Origin: Myxococcota bacterium
Lineage (GTDB): Bacteria > Myxococcota > JACRCW01
Direction of reading: 5' to 3'
NCBI GenBank assembly: GCA_040752415.1
Contig: JBFMGU010000123.1
Coordinates: 1 to 31,168, forward strand
Length of the DNA stretch: 31,168 bases
Part shown: positions 9,715 to 18,763 of the stretch, piece after piece
How positions within the stretch are numbered: the first letter of the stretch is position 1
How the letters are laid out: each line of letters begins with the position of its first letter
Translations under genes and position numbers: made by a program
The notes under the pieces: generated by a model
Database searches by the model: none
Told to the model about the DNA's origin: nothing
What the model saw: the letters and a program-made list of their open reading frames with translations, nothing else

Positions 9715-10012
9715 CAGTGTGCCCGTGTCGGCGGGGGCGGCGAACACCCAACCCCCCACGTTCACGCCACCGCGCTCGCTCGCCCTCCTTCCCCAGACCC
9801 GGTCACCGTCGTCACCGAGCCGGGGAAGGGGGGCAATCGATGGGCACAGCCGCCCTCTTTCCGACGAGAAAATGCCCCAGACCAATGCGTGGCCCCCCTT
9901 CCCCGCAACGGTTGACGACGGTGAGCGGGTGTGGGGAAGGGGGGCGAGCGAGCGCAGTGGCGTGAACGTGGGGGGTTAGGTGTTCGCCGCCCCCGCCGAC
10001 ACGGGCACACTG
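9715..10012. repeat. Long imperfect inverted repeat (about 120-bp arms, 57-bp spacer), REP/BIME- or MITE-like
   Basis: 9715-9834 is the reverse complement of 9892-10012 with about 8 substitutions and one indel; each arm holds its own CCTTCCCC...GGGGAAGG hairpin; lies between convergent genes. Confidence 0.93.
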
Positions 10013-10025
10013 CTCCAATGCGCCG

Positions 10026-10820
10026 CTACGGCGTCACCATCACGTCCACCACCGCGCGGTCCGACGTCACGCAATTGTGGAACGTGGCGCTCAGGTAATA
10101 CCGGTAGGTCCCGGGTTCCGACGGCGCGGTGAGCGTGGCGGCATACGTTCCGTCGGGGAAGTTCTCGTTGACCGGCGGTGACGGCGGGAGCAGCCGGCCA
10201 CTGGTGCCGGTGATGGGCTCCACCCACAAGGTTTCGTCGGAGTGCTCCGCGGTGTCGGTATTCTTGCTGAGGTCCACCTGCAGCGTGAAGCTGCCACCGG
10301 GTTGCACCGTCGAGGGCGTGGCGCGCGCGTTGGCGAGCAGCGGCTTGTCCCGACCGGGACCCAACGGCCGCATCAGGATCACCGCCGCGTTGTTCTCCGC
10401 CGGATTGCACACCAGCGCGCCGTAGAAGTAGCCGTCCGCAAAAGTGTGGAAGCCCTTGTTTGTCGACGTGGGAAAGCGCAGGTCCAGCCGGCCTTCCGCG
10501 TTGCCGTGCGCGCCGTAGGCGTACGCGTTGTGGTCCGGCAGGTAGATGCCGCCCTCTTCCACCGACGCCACGCTGTCCAGCACCCGCTCCTGCGTGGCGA
10601 AGTCCACCGTCCACACGTAGAAGTGGCCCCACGCCGCGGGCGGGCCAAAGCAGAAGCTCGACTCCAGGAATCCCGCGTCGGGGAACTCCGGCGGCGGACC
10701 GGCGTCCACGTCGTCGCGGTGGCTCGTCGCGGCGTCAGGGGAGGGCGCGCCCGCGTCAGGGGTTGCGTTGCTGGCGGTACAGGCGGAGAGCAGGAGCAGT
10801 GCTGCCAACGTCATACGCAT
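10026..10820 (-). CDS. Putative lipoprotein with Ig-like C-terminal domain
   Basis: GGAGG RBS, lipobox LLSAC, DAG linker; C-terminal ATPSTVQPGGSFTLQVD...DGTYAATLTAPSEPGTY. Confidence 0.8.
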   Translation of the reverse strand: MRMTLAALLLLSACTASNATPDAGAPSPDAATSHRDDVDAGPPPEFPDAGFLESSFCFGPPAAWGHFYVWTVDFATQERVLDSVASVEEGGIYLPDHNAYAYGAHGNAEGRLDLRFPTSTNKGFHTFADGYFYGALVCNPAENNAAVILMRPLGPGRDKPLLANARATPSTVQPGGSFTLQVDLSKNTDTAEHSDETLWVEPITGTSGRLLPPSPPVNENFPDGTYAATLTAPSEPGTYRYYLSATFHNCVTSDRAVVDVMVTP

Positions 10821-10832
10821 GAGGTTCCTCCG

Positions 10833-11264
10833 TCAGTGGACATACCCGCCCGCGCTTCCGCCAGGATGATGGCAGCGGTTGCAGGAGGGATCTTGCACCG
10901 GCGCCTCCATGCGGCTGAGCACGCCGCCGTCGCGGTTGATGGTCCACGCCTGCAGCGGCGCGGTGAGGGGATGGTGGTGGAAGAAGTTGCCGTGGGGATC
11001 CGGCGCCATGGGAAGCGTACGGCCCTCCGCATCACGCACGACGACACGGAATGGCGTCACGCCCAACTCCAGCGAACCCGCCACGCTGAACTGGCCCTGG
11101 TGACAACACAGGCAGTCGGTGCCGTGGCGCTCGCGGGTGACGTCACCGTCGACGCAGGCCCTCGCCGCGTCGGGGGGAGCACCGCTGTCGGGGGTGGCCA
11201 CGTTGTCATCCGGCGCGCACGCCAGCGCGGTGCACAACAGCAGGGGAATGATCCGTGGCACCAC
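10833..11264 (-). CDS. Small putative dihaem c-type cytochrome lipoprotein
   Basis: Lipobox ALAC; two CxxCH motifs (CLCCH, CNRCH) flanking a beta-rich segment FSVAG...DAEG...GNFF. Start GTG 11264 or 11261. Confidence 0.72.
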   Translation of the reverse strand: MVPRIIPLLLCTALACAPDDNVATPDSGAPPDAARACVDGDVTRERHGTDCLCCHQGQFSVAGSLELGVTPFRVVVRDAEGRTLPMAPDPHGNFFHHHPLTAPLQAWTINRDGGVLSRMEAPVQDPSCNRCHHPGGSAGGYVH

Positions 11265-11472
11265 GACGTTGTATCGCCCGCCCCGGCCGGCTGACGAGCG
11301 CGCGGCCCCCCATGCTGACGGTGCCGCTGGAGATCACGCGCGCGCACAAGCTGGAGCGGAGTGACGAGGTGACGCGACCTGCACGGCCCCCCGCCCAATC
11401 GCTACCACGAGGTGCGCGCGGCGGGCCCGGGGCCGCTCACACGTCGCGTATGGTTGTGATAGCTGAGGCGCC

Positions 11473-12489
11473 ATGACCCGTTATCTCTCTGGCATCCAGG
11501 CTTCTGGCATCCCCCACATCGGCAACTACTTCGGGGCCATTGAGCAGCACGTCACCGCGTCCAAGGAGCTTCCTCCCGGCGACAGCGCGTTCTTCTTCAT
11601 CGCGGACTACCACGCCCTCACCACCATCTCCGACCGCGAGACGCTGCGTCGCTTCGTGCGCACCATTGCCGCCACGTACCTGGCGTGTGGTCTGGACGTG
11701 AAGAAGGCCGTGTTCTTCCGTCAGAGCGACGTGCCCGAGGTCACCGAGCTCACCTGGTTGCTCGCCACGTGCACCGGCATGGGTCTGCTGGAGCGCGCGC
11801 ACTCCTACAAGGACAAGGTCGCCAAGGGCCTCTCGCCCAACGTGGGCCTGTTCACCTATCCCATCCTGATGGCCGCGGACATCCTCATCTACGACTCCGA
11901 CGTGGTCCCGGTGGGCAAGGACCAGCAGCAGCACGTGGAGATGACGCAGGACATGGCGGGCTACTTCAACCAGCGCTTCGGCCAGGGCAAGGAGCTCCTC
12001 AAATACCCGCGCTGGGTCTTCTCGCGCACACCCACCGTCCCCGGCGTCGACGGGGAGAAGATGAGCAAGAGCTACGGGAACACCATTGACATGTTCCTGG
12101 AAGGCAATGAGCTCAAGAAGGCGGTGAACCGCATTGTCACCGACAGCCGCGAGCCCGCCGAGCCCAAGGAGCCGGAAGGCATTCCCTCGCTCACCATCCT
12201 GGAGCTGTTCCTCAACGACCAGGAGCGCCAGGAATGGCGCGAGCGCGTGCGCAAGGGCGGTGAGGGCGCGCCGGGATACGGGCACATGAAGAAGGAGATC
12301 ATGGCGCGCATGGATGCGCGGTTTGGTCCCGCGCGCGCCGCGTACAAGCGGTACCTGGAGGACCCCGTGGCGGAGCGGGAGATGGAGGAGATTCTCGTCG
12401 AGGGAGGCAAACGGGCGCGCGCGGTGGCGCGGGAGGTGCTCGCGCGGTGCTACGACGCGGTGGGAATCACCAACCGCGCGCGGCCGTGA
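11473..12489 (+). CDS. trpS: Tryptophan--tRNA ligase
   Basis: SGIQ, HIGN, ADYHALT, YPILMAADIL, VPVGKDQQQH, KMSKS motifs. Confidence 0.97.
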   Translation: MTRYLSGIQASGIPHIGNYFGAIEQHVTASKELPPGDSAFFFIADYHALTTISDRETLRRFVRTIAATYLACGLDVKKAVFFRQSDVPEVTELTWLLATCTGMGLLERAHSYKDKVAKGLSPNVGLFTYPILMAADILIYDSDVVPVGKDQQQHVEMTQDMAGYFNQRFGQGKELLKYPRWVFSRTPTVPGVDGEKMSKSYGNTIDMFLEGNELKKAVNRIVTDSREPAEPKEPEGIPSLTILELFLNDQERQEWRERVRKGGEGAPGYGHMKKEIMARMDARFGPARAAYKRYLEDPVAEREMEEILVEGGKRARAVAREVLARCYDAVGITNRARP

Positions 12490-13364
12490 GCGTGGGCATG
12501 GAGCGCCTCGAGAAGAACCTGTTGCGTGAGGTCTCGCGGGCGTGTCGCGACTTCACGCTGCTGGAGCCGGGGGACCGCGTCATGGTCTGCCTCTCCGGCG
12601 GCAAGGATTCCTATGGCCTCCTGCACCTGTTGCGCGAGGTGCAGCGTCGGGTGCCGTATGAATTCTCGCTGGTGGCGGTGAACCTGGACCAGGGCCACCC
12701 CGGCTTCCCCGCGCACGTCATCCGCGACTACCTGGAGGCCGAGGGCGTCGAGTACCGCATGGTGAAGCGGGACACGTTCTCCGTCGTCAAGGCGAAGGTG
12801 CCGGAGGGGAAGACGTACTGCTCGCTGTGCTCCCGGCTGCGGCGGGGCATCCTCTACAAGACCGCCAGCGAGCTCGGGGCCACCAAGGTGGCGCTGGGCC
12901 ACCACCGTGACGACGTCATCGAGACGCTGCTGCTGAACCTGCTGTACTCCGGCCAGCTCAAGGCCATGCCGCCGCGGCTCCGCTCCGACGACGGAAAGAA
13001 CACGTTGATCCGTCCGCTCCTCTACTGCGCGGAGGAGGACCTGGCGGAGCTGGCGCGGCTCAAGCAGTTCCCGGTCATCCCGTGTGACCTGTGCGGCAGC
13101 CAGGAGAACCTGCAGCGCAAGCAGGTGAAGAAGCTGCTGGCGTCGTTGCACGCGGAGAATCCCGCGGTGAAGGGCAACATGCTGGCCGCGCTCTCCAACG
13201 TGGTGCCCACGCACCTGCTGGATGGCCGGCTGCGGGAGCTGTTCGGGGTGGACCGCCTGGACTCCGGTGGCGACGAGATGCCGATTGACGAGGTGGCCAC
13301 CACCGACGAAGCCTGTGCCGCGCCCTCGGCTCCGGCCGGTTCTCCGTCGCTGCGCGTGTTGTGA
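12486..13364 (+). CDS. ttcA: tRNA 2-thiocytidine(32) synthetase
   Basis: PP-loop SGGKDS, CSLCSRLRRG, GHHRDD, IRPL, CDLCGSQENLQR. Start GTG 12486 overlaps the trpS stop; alternative ATG 12498. Confidence 0.95.
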   Translation: MSVGMERLEKNLLREVSRACRDFTLLEPGDRVMVCLSGGKDSYGLLHLLREVQRRVPYEFSLVAVNLDQGHPGFPAHVIRDYLEAEGVEYRMVKRDTFSVVKAKVPEGKTYCSLCSRLRRGILYKTASELGATKVALGHHRDDVIETLLLNLLYSGQLKAMPPRLRSDDGKNTLIRPLLYCAEEDLAELARLKQFPVIPCDLCGSQENLQRKQVKKLLASLHAENPAVKGNMLAALSNVVPTHLLDGRLRELFGVDRLDSGGDEMPIDEVATTDEACAAPSAPAGSPSLRVL

Positions 13365-13385
13365 GCGCGCCCCGTCATCGACGTT

Positions 13386-14915
13386 TCACCGGGGCTGCAC
13401 CAGGTTCTTCCCGCTGAGCAGCTCCTGCACGTGCACCACGCCGCCGTGGTCCGCGTAGGCCAACATCCGCGCGTCGCGGGAGAACGCGATGTTGCTCACG
13501 CGGTGGTCGTGCACGGGCCAGCGTCGCAGCTCGCGACCGTCGGGGATCTCATGGAGCCGCGCGGTGCCCGACGCCACCATGACCAGGAACTTTCCGTTGG
13601 GGCTCAGGTCAAAGGACGGGATGGAGCCCTTGGGGACCTCCACCGACGTCACCGCCTGCTTCTCCGCCAGGTCCCAGACCTCGATCCGGTCCGGACGCGC
13701 GTGCTGCACCGTGTTCCACACCGCAACGCGTCCCGCGTCCGGCGCCAGCGAGAGGTGCTCGTTGTATTCCCGGAGGAACACCTCGGACAGCGTGGTGCCG
13801 TCGAGGACGGAGACCATGCGCACGCGGGTGGAGGCATCATCCATGAGCTCCGCCACCATCACGCGCCCACCGTCCGCGCTGAGCGCCACCGCGGTGGCAC
13901 GGATGGGAAGCGTCTTGAGGGGCACCAGCTTGCCCTCGCGCAGGTCCAGGAGCCGCAGGTCCGGTTGGGGTTTCTTCCACGGCGCCGCCATGGCAATGGC
14001 CACGCGTCCGGTCGGCGCAACATCGGCGGAGTGCACCGCGCCCGGCGGAGCGTAGGTCGTGCGCACGTCCGACCACCGGCGGTTCCGGCGCGAGCACACC
14101 GTGTATTCCAGCAGGCCGGTCACCAGCAGCGTGCCGTCACTGAGAAACCCGTAGCCCACGAGGTGGTTCATGTTGTTGAAGTAGTCGCCGTGGAAGCGGT
14201 GGACCGCGGTGCGCTTCGCCAGGTCCCAGACGTAGGCCTGTCGCTCGTCGTCGGCGGACACCAGGAAACGCGAGTCCGGTGAGAAGGCCACGCGACTGAC
14301 ATGGAGCGCGTTGTCGTGTCGCAGCACGCTGGCGGCGAGCGCATGCGGAGGCAGCTCCAGGGACCACGGTTGCGTGGCGGAATCCGGGACGGCCTCCTTG
14401 CCGTTGTGCGACACGCGCCACCCCTTGGGAACGGCGTAGACGTGGAATTCCTGACGGAGCGCCAGGCCGCGGGGGCCACCGCCCTCGGGGGGAATCATGC
14501 GCACCTCCGCCTTTCCGTCGGACGCGGAGAACTCGTAGCGGTCATAGGGCGGCCCGCCCGTGCTCAAGGAGACCAGCAGCAGGTTCTCCGAGCGGAAGTC
14601 CACCCTGGTGGCCAGCGCGGCAAGCGCGTTGGTGATGTTCGCGCGGATGCGCTCGGCGCGGGTGTCGTCACGTCGACCCGAGCGCAAGGTGTCGTGCGCG
14701 ACCTGCTGGCCAAGCTGGGTGTGAAGGAACCTCCGCAGCGCCTTCACGCTGCTCCACACGTGGACGTGGTCGTAGTACCCCTGGCGCCCCATCCCGGACA
14801 GGGAGGTCACCTGGTGGAGGTCCGGGACTTCGTCGTACGGGATCTCACGGGCCTGACCCGTGGACGCGGTGGTCGACGCGACGATGATCCCGCACAGCAA
14901 ACCCGCCAGCGACAT
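13386..14915 (-). CDS. Secreted WD40-repeat protein with a possible PrcB-C-like N-terminal domain
   Basis: VAFSPDSRFLVSAD...VWDL, DLSPNGKFL, IAFSRDARMLA repeats; signal-like N-terminus from ATG 14915 (alternatives 14951, 14975). Confidence 0.8.
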   Translation of the reverse strand: MSLAGLLCGIIVASTTASTGQAREIPYDEVPDLHQVTSLSGMGRQGYYDHVHVWSSVKALRRFLHTQLGQQVAHDTLRSGRRDDTRAERIRANITNALAALATRVDFRSENLLLVSLSTGGPPYDRYEFSASDGKAEVRMIPPEGGGPRGLALRQEFHVYAVPKGWRVSHNGKEAVPDSATQPWSLELPPHALAASVLRHDNALHVSRVAFSPDSRFLVSADDERQAYVWDLAKRTAVHRFHGDYFNNMNHLVGYGFLSDGTLLVTGLLEYTVCSRRNRRWSDVRTTYAPPGAVHSADVAPTGRVAIAMAAPWKKPQPDLRLLDLREGKLVPLKTLPIRATAVALSADGGRVMVAELMDDASTRVRMVSVLDGTTLSEVFLREYNEHLSLAPDAGRVAVWNTVQHARPDRIEVWDLAEKQAVTSVEVPKGSIPSFDLSPNGKFLVMVASGTARLHEIPDGRELRRWPVHDHRVSNIAFSRDARMLAYADHGGVVHVQELLSGKNLVQPR

Positions 14916-15008
14916 GTTCCACCCCAGCGAACAGATGGCGAGCCGGATCATGCGCACGACGACGGGAAGTCTCAAGCGGGAACGACGACGTCCCCCCCGT
15001 GAGGGCGG

Positions 15009-15761
15009 TCAGAACCGGTTGGCCAGCGCTTCCAGCAGCGCGGGGTTGTCGCCGTCGGTGCGCGCGGTGCCCAGCGGATTGGTGTCCGCCACCGCCACCA
15101 CGCTCCCCAGTCCCAGCGCCTGGTACGCCATCACCACGTCGCCATTGCCCGCGCGCGCCACAACCTGCGCGGTTCCCGACGTGGTGATGCTCGCGGTGTA
15201 CAGCACAGCCAGCTGCTCGGTACCCGTGGTCAGCGGCGGCACCGCGGTGACGCTGAGCGTCTCGACGGTGGTGGTGTCCGTGCCGCCGTCTGCGTGCATC
15301 ACCATGTTGACGCCGAGAGCCTGGAACAGCGCGTTGAGCTGGTCGGGGCTGCCGTAGCAACCGTTCTTGCAGTGCTCCATGAACACCGCCACGCGGCCGC
15401 CGCGTGACAGGAAGGTCTGCAGCAAGGACACCTCACCAGCGGGCAGGTCCTCGCGGGGGTTGAGGAGCACCACCAGGGCGTTCTCGTCGGCAACGTTGCT
15501 GGGAAGGGATGTGTCCTGCGCCACCGTGAACCCGCGCGCGCGATAGAACGTCTCCACGTCGTCGGGATGGTACACCGCGGGGTGTCCGCCTCCGCCCGCG
15601 CCCTTGTACAGCAGGACACCCGTCCCGACGGTGCGCACGGCACCCCCACTGCTCGAGCTGGTGGTGTCTCCGCCGCCCGGCGCCGGTCCGTCGTCGGGAC
15701 CACCGGAACAGGCACACCAGACCGCCAACGTCAGCATCACGCTCCAGACCGGCTTGAACAC
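15009..15761 (-). CDS. Putative lipoprotein, class I glutamine-amidotransferase-like (GldG/DUF4350-type) fold
   Basis: GGAGG RBS, lipobox WCAC; LVVLLNP...EVSLLQTFLSRGGRV...LNALF...GSVVAVAD...DN pattern. Confidence 0.7.
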   Translation of the reverse strand: MFKPVWSVMLTLAVWCACSGGPDDGPAPGGGDTTSSSSGGAVRTVGTGVLLYKGAGGGGHPAVYHPDDVETFYRARGFTVAQDTSLPSNVADENALVVLLNPREDLPAGEVSLLQTFLSRGGRVAVFMEHCKNGCYGSPDQLNALFQALGVNMVMHADGGTDTTTVETLSVTAVPPLTTGTEQLAVLYTASITTSGTAQVVARAGNGDVVMAYQALGLGSVVAVADTNPLGTARTDGDNPALLEALANRF

Positions 15762-15934
15762 GTTCGTCCTCCCATCCTCGTGACCACGTAGCCTCTCGCA
15801 CCGGGAGACTCGTCATGTCCAGGCAACGCATCCCCCATGGCGACGGCGGCACGCCCTGGGCTGGAGGAATTCCCGGGGCAGGGAGGGCACGTCGTCATGT
15901 CGCGCATGAGGCAGGATGCCTCGCCTCTGTCGTC

Positions 15935-15962
15935 GGAATACGCTGCTTGCGCGTTGGCGTTG
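15935..15962 (+). promoter_or_regulatory. Putative ECF sigma factor promoter (GGAATA-N17-CGTTG)
   Basis: Matches the common ECF pattern GGAA(C/T)-N16/17-CGTT, about 45 nt upstream of ATG 16008. Confidence 0.4.
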
Positions 15963-16007
15963 TGTTCTCCCGGAGCACCTCTGCCATGGGAGGAACCCTC
16001 CGGCGCG

Positions 16008-17144
16008 ATGCGACTCCACCTCTCCCTGCTGAAGACAGTGATGACGCTTGGCGTGATGGGCGTGCCGTTGATGGCGCATGCCAGCCACCCCGCCGTCCAG
16101 GAGGCCACCCGGGCGTACGCGCGTGGCGCACCAGCGCAGGCGCTGAAGGCGCTGGATTCCGTGGAGGGCGATCCTGCGCTTTCCGAAGAAGACCTGGTCC
16201 TCCTCCACTGGTACCGCGGCGCCAGTCTGCACGCGCTGGGACGCTACCGGGAGGCGGATGACGCGTTTGACCACCTTGTGGCGCTGCGTCCTCTCTACGA
16301 GCCCAACAAGTTGGAGGCGTCACCCGCCCTGCGGAAGGCATTCGCCGCGCGCGCGGAGCTCCACCAGCGCCATGACGGCGTGATCCTGGGTGCGCCACGT
16401 TTCGACGGACCGTGGCTGACCATTCCGCTGTGGCGTCACGCGGAGAAGGTTGGCTTCGTCGTGGTGCAGGTGCGCGCCGCGGAGGACACCAGCTTCGTGC
16501 AGCATGCGTTCCGTGTGGAGGGGAACGTGGCGCGGGGATTGATCGTGGACCGCGAGCTTCTCTCGCGCTCGAGCAACCGGGAGATGATCGAGCTGGTGTT
16601 GGAGGCCCGCAGCGCCACCCAGGTGCCACTCGCGCGTTCCGGAGACCCGCGTCACCCGCTCATCCTCGCGGTCCCGGAGTCGCAGCGACGTGCGTTGCTG
16701 GACCATCTCGACCCGCCGAAGGTCGTGACCGCGCCGGATCCAGAGCCCGTCGTGGCAAGCCCGCCGCCTCCCGTTGCGGTCACGGTCCCGCCAACGCCGC
16801 CGGTGCCACGTCGGGATGGCCCACCTTTCGCCCTGGGGCTGTCAGGCCTGTTGCTGGCGACGGGTGGTCTGCTCGGGTCCGCGGCGGTCCTGGGGCTGTT
16901 GGTGTCCGCGACAAGCTACGCGCTGATGTTCCTGCATCCCCGCTACGCCGGTGCCCAGGTCTCCACGTCGTACCGCGTGCTCTCGGCGGCGTGGCTGGCG
17001 GGAATGGTTGCGGTGGCGGTGCTGGTTCCCGTCGGGCTTGGACTGGGGTCCGGTGGCGTCGGAGCGGGTGTGGTGGGGGTGGGCGAGTTGCGCTGGGAGG
17101 ATGAAGCGTGCTCGGACGTCACCGAAGTCACCTCGCGTCAGTGA
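16008..17144 (+). CDS. Exported TPR-like protein with Pro-rich linker and C-terminal membrane segments
   Basis: Signal peptide ending AHA; TPR-like WYRGASLHALGRYREADDAF; PPPP linker; hydrophobic Gly-rich C-terminus. Start reset from 15837 to ATG 16008. Confidence 0.75.
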   Translation: MRLHLSLLKTVMTLGVMGVPLMAHASHPAVQEATRAYARGAPAQALKALDSVEGDPALSEEDLVLLHWYRGASLHALGRYREADDAFDHLVALRPLYEPNKLEASPALRKAFAARAELHQRHDGVILGAPRFDGPWLTIPLWRHAEKVGFVVVQVRAAEDTSFVQHAFRVEGNVARGLIVDRELLSRSSNREMIELVLEARSATQVPLARSGDPRHPLILAVPESQRRALLDHLDPPKVVTAPDPEPVVASPPPPVAVTVPPTPPVPRRDGPPFALGLSGLLLATGGLLGSAAVLGLLVSATSYALMFLHPRYAGAQVSTSYRVLSAAWLAGMVAVAVLVPVGLGLGSGGVGAGVVGVGELRWEDEACSDVTEVTSRQ

Positions 17145-18703
17145 AGCTCGCGGGCCTCCGTCAGTTCCACGTCTGCACGGATGCGCACGGTGAAGGTGTC
17201 GCTGCCGCCGGTCTCGTCGTTGACCAGTTGGATCTGGTGACGACCGGCATCCAGCTCCAGCCCAATCAGCGGCGTGAACCTGCCGGTATCGCGCCCGTCG
17301 ACGTAGACCCGCGCCCAGGGATGACTCTGGAGGTTCAGCCGCCCCCGTCCGCGCCGTCCGGCGCCGGCCAGGTCCACCGGAGCAGGCAGGAGGCGCGGCG
17401 GCGTGGCCGTCACGAGCAGCGGGTCCGGTTCCGCGGCACGTACCGGAAGCGGTTCCTTGACGACGTTCGCCGCGGCCACGCTCTCGTGGTGCTCCGGCGC
17501 TGGCGTGGTGTCGTTGCCTTCGTGATGCGCGGGGCGGGAGTCGCTCTCGTTGTCATCAAGGTCGAGCTGGGTGGCCAGCAGCGCGGTCACCGCCAACCCC
17601 AGCGCGGCCGCGAAGGGCTTGCGGGTGCGCCACGGGTCGGGCCTCCGCGCCTTCGCGGGCAATGGGGGCGGTGACGCGCGTGGCCGCTCCGTGACGACGT
17701 GCGTGCCGTCCGGCTCCAGGTCCTCGCGGTGGGGACGGCGGCGCACCAGCTCGCTGAAATGGGCGTGGGCCGCGCACTCGCGCTTCAGCTCGTCGGGGAA
17801 GAGGCTGGCCAGCAAGACCGCAACATCCTCCGCGGTACCCACCGGACCAAGCTGGCGGGTGGCGTCGCCAAGGGCCGCGGCCAGCGCCTCCGAGGAGCGG
17901 TAGCGGCACAACGGGTCCTGGTGCAGGGCGCGTTGCAGCAGGTCCGCCAACGGTGGCGGCAGGCGCTCGTGCAGTCCGTCCAGCTCGGGACTGGGTTTCG
18001 TCACCACCTCGCGCCAGGACGTGGTGTCCTCGGGAAGCCGGCGGAAGCGTCGGAGGGTCAGCGCTTCATGGAGGACCACCGCCATGGCATAGGTGTCGAC
18101 GTCCTGCGTGACCGGCTTGCCCAGCACCACCTCCGGGCTGAAGTAGGCAGGCTTGCCCACCAGCGTTCCCGACCCCGTCACGGACGCGTGGTTCGCCGCA
18201 CGCGCGATGCCGAAGTCCACGAGGTGCACCATCCCCTCGTAGCTGATCATGAGGTTCTCGGGGCTGACGTCCCGGTGGATGATGTTCATGGGCTGGCCAT
18301 GCACGTCCCGACGCTGGTGCGCATGGACCAGGCCGCGCAGTGCCTGCTGCATGATGTAGAGCGTGAGGTTCGTCGGCACGGAGCGTTGGCTGGCCGCCGC
18401 CCTCGTCATGATGCGGTCCAGCGGCTGACCGGCCACGTAGTCCATGGCCAGGAAGTACGAGGTCCCAACGCGGCCGAGGTCGATGACGCGGATGATGTTG
18501 GGATGGTCCAGCTCCGCGGCGAGCTTGGCTTCACGGATCAGGCACTGGATCACCCAGCGGTCGTCGCACAGGTGCGGGTGGATCCGCTTGATGGCCACCT
18601 GCTTGGAGAACCCCGCGGTCCCAAGCGCCATGGCGCGATAGACCTCCGCCATGCCCCCGGTGGCGACGCGCTCCAACAACAAGTACCGGCCGAACTTTTC
18701 CAT
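17138..18703 (-). CDS. Serine/threonine protein kinase with TM segment and C-terminal PEGA-like domain
   Basis: GGMAEVY, VAIK, HRDVSPEN, DFG, SPE; TM FAAALGLAVTALLA; PEGA-like SHPWARVYVDG...TPL...AGRHQIQL. Confidence 0.93.
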   Translation of the reverse strand: MEKFGRYLLLERVATGGMAEVYRAMALGTAGFSKQVAIKRIHPHLCDDRWVIQCLIREAKLAAELDHPNIIRVIDLGRVGTSYFLAMDYVAGQPLDRIMTRAAASQRSVPTNLTLYIMQQALRGLVHAHQRRDVHGQPMNIIHRDVSPENLMISYEGMVHLVDFGIARAANHASVTGSGTLVGKPAYFSPEVVLGKPVTQDVDTYAMAVVLHEALTLRRFRRLPEDTTSWREVVTKPSPELDGLHERLPPPLADLLQRALHQDPLCRYRSSEALAAALGDATRQLGPVGTAEDVAVLLASLFPDELKRECAAHAHFSELVRRRPHREDLEPDGTHVVTERPRASPPPLPAKARRPDPWRTRKPFAAALGLAVTALLATQLDLDDNESDSRPAHHEGNDTTPAPEHHESVAAANVVKEPLPVRAAEPDPLLVTATPPRLLPAPVDLAGAGRRGRGRLNLQSHPWARVYVDGRDTGRFTPLIGLELDAGRHQIQLVNDETGGSDTFTVRIRADVELTEARELH

Positions 18704-18763
18704 GGGCCATCCGCGGTGAGCGTCATGCGTGGCAGCCGTCGTGTCGCTCCGTGGTGACGTGGG

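Noticed and set aside
9715..10012. Tn7/Mu-type (TGT...ACA) or IS630/Tc1-type (CAGTG) transposon ends
   Set aside because: No flanking direct repeat or TA duplication and no transposase; kept only as a generic repeat.
9646..10018. Short mirror-image ORFs on both strands
   Set aside because: They are by-products of the palindrome, with no RBS or protein-like composition.
11265..11472. T-box or attenuator leader upstream of trpS
   Set aside because: No T-box consensus, Trp-rich leader peptide or U-tailed terminator is visible.
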